In this document: positions 15,184-22,154 of the stretch, piece by piece
Layout: every line of letters begins with the position of its first letter
How positions within the stretch are numbered: position 1 is the first letter of the stretch
Origin: a virus
Length of the DNA: 46,580 bases
IMG/VR virus record: IMGVR_UViG_3300031413_000013
Coordinates: 1-46,580 of that record
Direction: 5' to 3' (one strand)
Notes under the pieces: model-generated
Seen by the model: the letters and a program-made list of their open reading frames with translations, nothing else
What the model was told of the DNA's origin: nothing
Databases searched by the model: none
Made by a program: the position numbers and the translations under genes

Positions 15184-15597
15184 ATGAAGGGTCGGGGTTT
15201 TATGGAGATGGCCGTCGAGAGGCGGATCCAGATGGGGCTTCCGATCCTGCCTAAGCATATCGCGCAGGTTGAAGCGGCAAAGGCGTCACGACTGGCGGCA
15301 CTCGCTGATGTTGTTGTGCCCGAGCGGCGCCCGCAGTTCGTCTACTTCGTTGGTGCTGGCGATTCCGGCCCGGTCAAGATCGGCGTCGCAATGTCGATCG
15401 AAGCGCGCCTGATGGCGCTACAGGTCAGCCACTACGAGCCGTTGACGGTTCTCGCGACGTGCCCCGGCAGCATCAAGCTCGAGCGCGAATATCACCGGCG
15501 CTTTGCCGATGCGCGGCTGCTCGGTGAATGGTTCACCCGCACGCCCGAGATCGAAGCGGAGATCGCCCGCCTTAACCAGATGGAGCAAGCAGCATGA
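15184..15597 (+). CDS. T5orf172 / MUG113 (GIY-YIG-like) domain protein, copy 2.
   Basis: FVYFVGAGDSGPVKIGVAMSIEARLMALQ...EREYHRRFADARLLGEWF is the T5orf172 signature. Confidence 0.7.
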   Translation: MKGRGFMEMAVERRIQMGLPILPKHIAQVEAAKASRLAALADVVVPERRPQFVYFVGAGDSGPVKIGVAMSIEARLMALQVSHYEPLTVLATCPGSIKLEREYHRRFADARLLGEWFTRTPEIEAEIARLNQMEQAA

Positions 15598-15812
15598 GCC
15601 GTGGTCTGGACCGCTGGGCGGATATGCAGAAGCAAGGTGTATTCCGCGGCATTGCCAAACGCGCTGAACTAGCAGCCAAAAAGGCCGCAGCACGTGAAGT
15701 CACCGACGCCCAGTTCCGCGAAAATATCCGCCGTCAGGTTGCGCGCGAAACTCGGATTATGTTTGGCGAAGAGGAGGCCTCACCGCTTCCTAATAATAGG
15801 AAACCATCATGA
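15594..15812 (+). CDS. Hypothetical protein (72 aa).
   Basis: Coupled ORF. Confidence 0.55.
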   Translation: MSRGLDRWADMQKQGVFRGIAKRAELAAKKAAAREVTDAQFRENIRRQVARETRIMFGEEEASPLPNNRKPS

Positions 15813-16030
15813 GCCTCCTTCCCTGCCCCTTTTGCGGCTCACCGGTGGTACTCAGCCGCGCTCACGTCACCGGCGAGTCCGACTATATCCAGCATGACCG
15901 AAATGCGGCACTGACAGATTGCGGGCTGGACGCCTTCAGCAACTTTGCGATTGATGCTGACGTGTCGGCGCTTTGGAACACTCGCACCCCCACCCTTCCC
16001 GCCCGCCTCACCGAGGGAGAAGTAGCGTGA
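15809..16030 (+). CDS. Lar-family (restriction alleviation)-like protein, copy 2.
   Basis: MSLLPCPFCGSPVVLS...ALWNTRTP shows the same CPFCG...WNTR pattern as 11880-12236. Confidence 0.6.
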   Translation: MSLLPCPFCGSPVVLSRAHVTGESDYIQHDRNAALTDCGLDAFSNFAIDADVSALWNTRTPTLPARLTEGEVA

Positions 16031-16353
16031 GCGCATGTCGCAAACATACATCCTACGACGGGATCGAGGTCACCCGGCATGCACCATGCGATGCGACCTG
16101 CAGCGAACTCGGCACGCTGCGAGCGTACAGTGCCATCACCAAGGACCTCAACGCCGCGCTGTCGGATGCACTTGACCGCCTCGCCCAAGCTGATCGCATG
16201 GTTGCTCTATGGGATAAGTGGGAAGGCCGTGTGATTCTGGATCCGGCAAGCTGGACAACGGAAGGCGGCTTCACGGTCACAGGCTCGCTCTACGATGACT
16301 ACGTGATGCTCCAGACCAAGCGCGGCAAATTCCGGGACAAGGCGCATGGATAA
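16027..16353 (+). CDS. Hypothetical protein (108 aa, GTG start).
   Basis: The in-frame GTG at 16027 forms a GTGA overlap with the Lar-like stop. The longer extension is His/Pro/Arg-rich and unlikely to be real. Confidence 0.5.
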   Translation: MSACRKHTSYDGIEVTRHAPCDATCSELGTLRAYSAITKDLNAALSDALDRLAQADRMVALWDKWEGRVILDPASWTTEGGFTVTGSLYDDYVMLQTKRGKFRDKAHG

Positions 16354-16398
16354 CACCCTCACCCCATACGCCTGCCTTAATCAGGAAAGAGATGAAGT

Positions 16399-16629
16399 AT
16401 GACGGTAATTCGGGACATGGCCAACGCCATGGCTAACGCGAAGATCGGCAGCGATGAGGGAGATTTCCCGCGGCTGTTCGATATGCTCGATTTCAGCGGC
16501 GAAAATAACGCTTGGCTGGTCACGTATGGCTTGGCGCGGGCTGCGCTTGAGGCGCTCCGCGACAGCTTCGCCGATCCCGTCGTTCGCGCTGCTATTCAAG
16601 CCGCTCTTGATGAGAAGGAAGCTGGCTAG
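16399..16629 (+). CDS. Hypothetical protein (76 aa).
   Basis: ORF with an AGGAAAGAG ribosome-binding-site-like sequence upstream. Confidence 0.55.
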   Translation: MTVIRDMANAMANAKIGSDEGDFPRLFDMLDFSGENNAWLVTYGLARAALEALRDSFADPVVRAAIQAALDEKEAG

Positions 16630-16793
16630 GGTGGGCGACGGCTATCCGGAATTTCACCGGCCCGGAGTCATCGGCGGGAATCGCCTAGTCCGTTCTTCTC
16701 GGGTCACCGCCACCACTTCCGGGCAAGTCGTTAGACCTTCACCGGCGCGAACCCTCTTATTGCAGAATTCGACAGAACATGCTAGCACGGTTT

Positions 16794-16933
16794 TCTAGTC
16801 GTGGCAGCGTGGATGGACACGCAGGTGGGAAAGTCTCCGTTGTGCCGGGGGTCAGTACACACGAAAGCCGGGGAAGCACACAACCCGTCAGGCAGGAAGG
16901 CGCAGTCGGTTTCGAGTCCGGCTCACGACTAGA
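16794..16933 (+). ncRNA. Candidate structured RNA or DNA element of about 140 nt, closed by an 11-bp stem. Strand uncertain.
   Basis: 16794-16804 (TCTAGTCGTGG) pairs with 16923-16933 (TCACGACTAGA). Internal hairpins are GCGT-8nt-ACGC (16807-16822), GTTGTG/CACAAC (16839-44/16879-84) and GTCGG-TTTCGAGT-CCGGC (16905-16922). It lies in the only non-coding gap longer than 300 nt. Confidence 0.4.
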
Positions 16934-17102
16934 TCACCCGCTTCCCTACCTGTCGCATAGCCTCCGACTGTGCCGCCTCTACCAGCGCTTCCTTTGCACC
17001 ATTGAGCGACAGCGGCGCCTTGGGGTTTGCTGCGATCTTGGCGACAGCGGGGATCAGGACGCGCTTTGCGGCGAAGGTCAGGATCTTTCCGAACAGGCTC
17101 AT
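16929..17102 (-). CDS. Small protein (57 aa; below the ORF-track cutoff); last gene of the lysis/late operon.
   Basis: Manual translation gives MSLFGKILTFAAKRVLIPAVAKIAANPKAPLSLNGAKEALVEAAQSEAMRQVGKRVI*. Third-position GC is high, and the start forms an ATGA overlap with the upstream stop. Confidence 0.5.
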   Translation of the reverse strand: MSLFGKILTFAAKRVLIPAVAKIAANPKAPLSLNGAKEALVEAAQSEAMRQVGKRVI

Positions 17103-17389
17103 GGTCGTTGCTCCGTAACTGAGATCGGGTCGGCAGGGGTGCCGGTTGGTACAGCCGTTGATTGCTTGACGATGTCGGCATTGGCCTGGGCTAGATTGCG
17201 GCCGCTCGAGGTGCTGCCGAACTCGGACTGAACGACCGAGCCGCCCCAGCCGAACACGATGCCGAGCGCGAGTAGCAGGGCTTCGTTGTTACCGTCTGGC
17301 ACCTTGACGAAGAACAGCAGCAGTAGGCCGATGGCACTGAGCAGGATCGCGGACCACCCTACGATTGTGCGGAAGGTTCGGTCGGTCAT
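17099..17389 (-). CDS. Membrane protein in the lysis cassette (two predicted TM helices); spanin or holin accessory candidate.
   Basis: ...IVGWSAILLSAIGLLLLFFV...ALLLALGIVFGWGG... It lies directly downstream of the endolysin. Confidence 0.55.
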   Translation of the reverse strand: MTDRTFRTIVGWSAILLSAIGLLLLFFVKVPDGNNEALLLALGIVFGWGGSVVQSEFGSTSSGRNLAQANADIVKQSTAVPTGTPADPISVTEQRP

Positions 17390-17997
17390 GCCCAGCCCCC
17401 GTCGCGAAGCGCCCGCTCGAATGCCTGCGCGTAATCCTCGACCAGATCCGCCTTGTCGGTCCCGTTGATGATCCGGCGCGCGTTCATGTATTGCTGCCGT
17501 GTGGCCGTCCCAGACGCCGGGAGATAGTCGCTCAGCTTCTTCCCGCTGAACCAGCCGTAATCCATACCCTCGCGCATGATACGCGCTGCTAGGGGTGCCT
17601 GCATGGCGAGGTCAGGGCTGCCAACCAGATCAACGCCAAGCTTCGCGCCAGCCTTCACGTAATTGGCCTTCCACGTAAGCTGCACGTAGCCGCGGCCGAA
17701 GTAGCGCGCGCCGTCACCAGCGCAGGTGTTGCCGTTCGCGATGCAGAACTTTGGGCGATCCCCCGCGACATCGTACATGCGCGTGTAATAAGCAGGCCCG
17801 CCAAACTCCTCGACCGGCTGCATCCGCGTCGCCGTCTCGTGCCAGGCAGTAGCTAGCATGTAGGCGGCGTGGGACAGAGGGGCGCCCTTGCAAGCGTCCA
17901 GCAGCGTGTTGATGCCATTGACCTGCCCGACGCTGAGTTTGCCTAGCTGGGCGCGCACCGTGGCGTAGAACGCCGCTGCGTTGGTAAGCTTCGTCAT
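17386..17997 (-). CDS. Endolysin, glycoside hydrolase family 19-like.
   Basis: ...ATAWHETATRMQPVEEFGG...YFGRGYVQLTWKANY... resembles the GH19 catalytic core. The internal ATG at 17995-17997 forms an ATGA overlap. Confidence 0.75.
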   Translation of the reverse strand: MTKLTNAAAFYATVRAQLGKLSVGQVNGINTLLDACKGAPLSHAAYMLATAWHETATRMQPVEEFGGPAYYTRMYDVAGDRPKFCIANGNTCAGDGARYFGRGYVQLTWKANYVKAGAKLGVDLVGSPDLAMQAPLAARIMREGMDYGWFSGKKLSDYLPASGTATRQQYMNARRIINGTDKADLVEDYAQAFERALRDGGWA

Positions 17998-18311
17998 GCC
18001 TTGCCTCTCCCGGCCTTGTGGGCCTCCCAATATGCAACCTGCTGATCATTCGCCCGCTGGTGCCGCAGGTCGCGCCAGGTCCGCCCTCCGATGAACAGGA
18101 TGCAGCCGAAGGTCATCATCGTGGATGCCCAGCCTTCGAATGGCCCGTCGCGCTCCCAAATGACGCCGATGGTTAGGAAGCCGCACCCGCCGACGAGCCC
18201 GAGGCCTACGCGCTCGACCACGTTCAGCGTGGTGCGGAGCTGGGTCACCTTGTAGATAACAATCACCGTCAGCACGAAGCGGCCGAGGGAGTTGAGAATG
18301 TCGAAGATCAC
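17994..18311 (-). CDS. Membrane protein (holin/antiholin candidate).
   Basis: The GTG at 18309-18311 forms a GTGA overlap. Hydrophobic segments include FVLTVIVIYKV, GLGLVGGCGFLTIGVIW and TMMTFGCILFIGG. Confidence 0.55.
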   Translation of the reverse strand: MIFDILNSLGRFVLTVIVIYKVTQLRTTLNVVERVGLGLVGGCGFLTIGVIWERDGPFEGWASTMMTFGCILFIGGRTWRDLRHQRANDQQVAYWEAHKAGRGKA

Positions 18312-18631
18312 GCTGCGTCCTCCTTGCCGAAAATGCGCTCGAGCACGGACTTGCTGCGTCGGATCAGGACGGGTAGAAAAGCATTCGCGCCGGTGGCGCC
18401 AAGATAGGTGAAGAAACAAGCCGCCCGCAGGTTGTTCAGATCAACGCCAGCGATCTCACCGACCAGATACGGCACGGCGAACGCGGCAAAGCTCGATCCG
18501 ACGAACAGCGTCAGCAGGACTTCGCCCCAGCTCATGCTTTTCCACGGGAGAAGGGATAGAGCCGTCACCGATCCTGCGACCGCCGCCATGACGATGTACA
18601 GGATGCGGAAGTGGCTTTCCTGATCAGTCAC
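18308..18631 (-). CDS. Holin-like membrane protein (three predicted TM helices).
   Basis: ILYIVMAAVAGSVTALSLL, VLLTLFVGSSFAAFAVPYLV and ACFFTYLGATGANAFLPVLI. Confidence 0.6.
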   Translation of the reverse strand: MTDQESHFRILYIVMAAVAGSVTALSLLPWKSMSWGEVLLTLFVGSSFAAFAVPYLVGEIAGVDLNNLRAACFFTYLGATGANAFLPVLIRRSKSVLERIFGKEDAA

Positions 18632-19140
18632 GACTGAGCCACCTTCGAAATGAGCCGCGCAAGGAGCCCTTGGGCAAAGCCGCCCAGCCGATGAAGGCGA
18701 GCGCTATTAGACAACCGATTTGCAACTTTACGCCCCCCTATCAGGATGAAGACGGCCACTTGAGCCAGAAGGATTTTGTCGAGCCAGAATGTGTAGATCT
18801 CGTCGCCGATGAGAGGGCGCGCCGGGTGCATGCAGAGATGCGCGATGCAGAGCGCGAACATCGTCCAGCCCCACCAGCGGTTCCAGCCGATCCGCACCGA
18901 CGCCCAGCCGAGCGCTAGGTCGGCGATAGCCCAGAGGTCGACCGTGCCGATTGGCAAGCCGGCCGCGCGAATGACCGCCTGGGGCGACATCGCGGCGTAG
19001 GTCCACTGGATGAACAGCCAATTGAACGTCAGGCACAGAGCCAGCAGCGCAGCATTGGTGCGGTCACCTTTCGGCGCATGCGCGGCGAAGACGATCGCCA
19101 GCACGCACAGGCCGAAGTAGATGACCGCCTCGCCACTCAC
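18628..19140 (-). CDS. Polytopic membrane protein (170 aa, GTG start).
   Basis: Five or more hydrophobic segments, located between the tail fibre gene and the holin. Confidence 0.6.
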   Translation of the reverse strand: MSGEAVIYFGLCVLAIVFAAHAPKGDRTNAALLALCLTFNWLFIQWTYAAMSPQAVIRAAGLPIGTVDLWAIADLALGWASVRIGWNRWWGWTMFALCIAHLCMHPARPLIGDEIYTFWLDKILLAQVAVFILIGGRKVANRLSNSARLHRLGGFAQGLLARLISKVAQS

Positions 19141-19262
19141 CGGGGCGGAACCGTTGGGCCATGACCACCACTGAGCGCCTGCGGTGCCGTGCTCGGCCGC
19201 TGCGCCGCCAACTGCTTGGCGACTTCGGCCTTGATCAGATCGACGATCTCTTCACGCTTCAT
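19137..19262 (-). CDS. Small hypothetical protein (41 aa).
   Basis: Manual translation gives MKREEIVDLIKAEVAKQLAAQRPSTAPQALSGGHGPTVPPR*. The stop overlaps the next GTG start. Confidence 0.35.
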   Translation of the reverse strand: MKREEIVDLIKAEVAKQLAAQRPSTAPQALSGGHGPTVPPR

Positions 19263-19313
19263 GGGTGTTCTCGCTCATGCTGGATAGCGCCAGCTCGCAG
19301 GACGATACGGCCA

Positions 19314-22094
19314 TCACAGTCGGCACATCGACCAAGCGAAAAGCATCTCCGCTTGCTGCGACCTGCCTAGAGCTGACGGATGCGTCGGGTCGGAGATGCT
19401 CACCGTTTCGACGCCGATTGAATCGACAGCGTCGGTAGAGGTGCTGAACACCGCCTTGGCGTCAGTGACCTGGAACAGCAGCCGCACGTAAAGCTTGGAG
19501 CTTTCGCGGCCGGCATATTCTGCCAGCAGCAGGCGCGCCATGGTGACCAAGTCGGTCCACACCGATTCCGTCGCCTGCCCCGGCACTGCTATCGCAACAT
19601 GCGTGTTGGGATACGCAGCGTTCCATGCGTCAGCCTGCTCGATGATCGCCGCGGCTGCCGTCTCTGGCGTGCCACCACCGCCCCAGAGATCGTTCATCCC
19701 CAAGCAGATCACCACCTGGTCCGGTGCCGTGCCGCTGAGAAAATTGGTGACATAGAATGTCGGGCTGTAGACCCCAGAGAAGTTACGGAACGGGTTATAG
19801 TGCCACCGAGGCCCGTACTGCCCGACGTTACCTAGAGCCTTATACTCCGTGACAGAGGCAGCTATCTGGGCAGTGACGGTGCCGGTGTATCCGGCGCCGC
19901 CATCCGTGATGGTGATAGCGCCGGGGACGCCGCCAGACACCACGATGCGACCGCGGGCGCGGCGCGAGCCGGCGAGATTGTCGCCCTGGTTCTGGAACAC
20001 CACGTCCCAGGTGCCGTTAGCGTAACCGGTCCCGCCCGATGCCGTGGCTGCGGTGACAGCCCCGCCGCTGCGCGTGACGTTGATCACCAAACCCGAACCG
20101 CCGTCCGGACGCAGCGAGAACACGTCGTAGATCATGCCGTAGCCTGGGTGGTTCGGTTTGGCGGCATTGGTGGTGTAATTGGTCGCCATCCAGTTCGGTC
20201 GGCCCTCAGCGAGCACACCGCTGCCGCCTTGGCTCGCCAGCGTTCCGACAAACACCGGCGACACACCTGCCGCTACCAGCTTGTCGCGCGTTGCCGTCGC
20301 CATGCCGTAATCCGTCAGGCTGTCGCCAATGAACAGTATGCGGGGGGAGCCCGTCTTAGCTGGCGCGGACGAATAGAAAGTGACGTTGCGACGCCGGAAC
20401 CCGCCTGTCTCGTCCGTGCCACGTCGTTCTGCAAAGATCTGCCCGGCGCCGCTGAAATCGGCCCCGTCAAGCCGCAGCATCGGCGTACACTCACGGCCAG
20501 CACGCGTGCCGTTTTGACCAATCGCGGTGATGCCCCATTCGGAATGCCCGCGCTCCAGCGTCATACCGTCGCCAAGCAGCTTCAACGGCCGGCCTTGGAT
20601 CAAGTCATAGGAGGACGAGGCGAGTAGCGTGATGCTGGCGCCGCTTGCATATGTGCCCCAGTTCGACCAGTCGACATCGAGCGGAGCCGCGTCAGCGAGG
20701 ATAAGCCCGAAACCGGAATAATATACCGTCTTGCCCGCGATCGGCTGCGTCAGCAGGATCAATTTGTCGATGTTGTCAGTGAGCGCCGTATACTGTCTGC
20801 GCAAAGTGATCCGCCGAATGTTCTCGGATACATCGGTCTGCGTAACGACGGTTATGCCATCGGTGCTGCTAATGCCTTGCGGCTGGCCTCCGTCGTCCTG
20901 GATGGTTGAAAGCAGGACATAAGCGCCAGAAAGCATACTCCACGCATCAGCCGGGGCCTTGCGGATTAGATAGCTCGCCGAGACCCAATCCCCGTTGCCA
21001 AATGACTGGTCGGGCGTCAGCGTGATTAGGAAGTACACTCCCTGGTCTGCCGACTCCACCTCGGCTTCATAATTGATGCCGAGGCTGTTCAGGTAGCTGT
21101 TAGCCGTCTCCACGATTTGCGGCGTTGGTATCCCTGGGAACCACGAACCTTGGCCAGAAGGCGCTCCAGCGGGCAGATTGCCACCGATCGGGAACGGCAC
21201 CAGCCCCACGGCTGGCGGGTTCTCCAGCGCGGCGATACGAGCCTCGATCGCGACGCGGGCGGCAGGATCATAATCTCGGTAGTCCAGATCCGGGCTGAAC
21301 TGCGGCGACGCGCCGATGCCAAGCGCGCTCACACTGATAGTTGACGCAGACGTGTTGGTAACCGTGACGAACGCATAGTCGAGACGGTTGCCGATTGCGA
21401 TATTCTCGAGTTGCCCACCGACGACATATCGACGCGTGTTCGCGTCGATGTTCTCGGTCTTGAGAAGCAAAGCCGGGTTGGAATCAATGAAGGCCTGCTG
21501 CCCCGCCCCACCGATCGGCACTGTGCCCATCGCGATAAATTCGGTCGAACCAGACTTTGCCGGGTAGGCCTGTCCCGCCTGCCGAGTAATGATGAGCGAC
21601 GTGATGATATTGTCGCCACGGATTGCGGGTTCGTCGAGCGATCCTGTTCGGAACGTGAATGTCTGGCCGGCTGCAAGCACAACCTTGCTCTTGACGCCGC
21701 GGGCGACCAGCAGAGGGTCGGATTCTTGCAGCGCAGGGATGATTGCGCCCGCAGGGGGGGTGGTTACGAACGAGGCCCCGTTCGTCAGGCCACCGTTAGG
21801 AAGATCGCCACCGATAGCAAAGGGCGTCATGCTCCCCTGGGCTTTTTCGGCCGCAATCACAGCCAAGGCGGCTTCGTCTCTTGCATCTTCCGCGGCAGCG
21901 AGTAGCGGCGCGATCAACGCCTCGGCAGCCGCGGGGTCGACGCCGGCAACAGCCGCAGCAGCGATAGCAGCCTCGATTGGAAGCGCTATTGCCCGGATCT
22001 CACTCTTTACCGGTTCATGCGCACCTGACGCGGGAACACCCATGACCGGGTTGTCGCGAAATGCCTGATTGAACTTTTCGCTGATCTCACCCAC
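19314..22094 (-). CDS. Tail fibre/spike protein with a C-terminal SGNH (GDSL) hydrolase domain (926 aa).
   Basis: Block I is ILFIGDSLTDYG, block III is ICLGMNDLWGG and block V is SDPTHPS. The GTG start has GGAGA upstream. Confidence 0.8.
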   Translation of the reverse strand: MGEISEKFNQAFRDNPVMGVPASGAHEPVKSEIRAIALPIEAAIAAAAVAGVDPAAAEALIAPLLAAAEDARDEAALAVIAAEKAQGSMTPFAIGGDLPNGGLTNGASFVTTPPAGAIIPALQESDPLLVARGVKSKVVLAAGQTFTFRTGSLDEPAIRGDNIITSLIITRQAGQAYPAKSGSTEFIAMGTVPIGGAGQQAFIDSNPALLLKTENIDANTRRYVVGGQLENIAIGNRLDYAFVTVTNTSASTISVSALGIGASPQFSPDLDYRDYDPAARVAIEARIAALENPPAVGLVPFPIGGNLPAGAPSGQGSWFPGIPTPQIVETANSYLNSLGINYEAEVESADQGVYFLITLTPDQSFGNGDWVSASYLIRKAPADAWSMLSGAYVLLSTIQDDGGQPQGISSTDGITVVTQTDVSENIRRITLRRQYTALTDNIDKLILLTQPIAGKTVYYSGFGLILADAAPLDVDWSNWGTYASGASITLLASSSYDLIQGRPLKLLGDGMTLERGHSEWGITAIGQNGTRAGRECTPMLRLDGADFSGAGQIFAERRGTDETGGFRRRNVTFYSSAPAKTGSPRILFIGDSLTDYGMATATRDKLVAAGVSPVFVGTLASQGGSGVLAEGRPNWMATNYTTNAAKPNHPGYGMIYDVFSLRPDGGSGLVINVTRSGGAVTAATASGGTGYANGTWDVVFQNQGDNLAGSRRARGRIVVSGGVPGAITITDGGAGYTGTVTAQIAASVTEYKALGNVGQYGPRWHYNPFRNFSGVYSPTFYVTNFLSGTAPDQVVICLGMNDLWGGGGTPETAAAAIIEQADAWNAAYPNTHVAIAVPGQATESVWTDLVTMARLLLAEYAGRESSKLYVRLLFQVTDAKAVFSTSTDAVDSIGVETVSISDPTHPSALGRSQQAEMLFAWSMCRL

Positions 22095-22154
22095 GACATT
22101 CTCCGCTTGCGTCGCGGTGACGCTAAGGAGAGCGCAAGTTCAGGCTTGCCGCCG

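Noticed and set aside
16631-16798. A GTG-initiated 55-aa ORF in the non-coding gap (VGDGYPEFHRPGVIGGNRLV...).
   Set aside because: There is no ribosome-binding site, third-position GC decays along the ORF, and the sequence is Arg/Ser/Thr-rich and low in complexity. It is probably non-coding.
16794-16933. Possible tRNA, tmRNA-like gene or riboswitch. The element has acceptor-like, D-arm-like and T-arm-like hairpins, and a GGTGGGAAAGTCTCC stretch vaguely resembles a cobalamin riboswitch.
   Set aside because: It is about 140 nt long with an 8-nt loop in the T-like arm, and no anticodon arm could be drawn. No tag ORF or CCA end is present. The B12-box match is poor, and no downstream gene exists for a riboswitch to regulate. 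It is kept only as an unclassified structured element.
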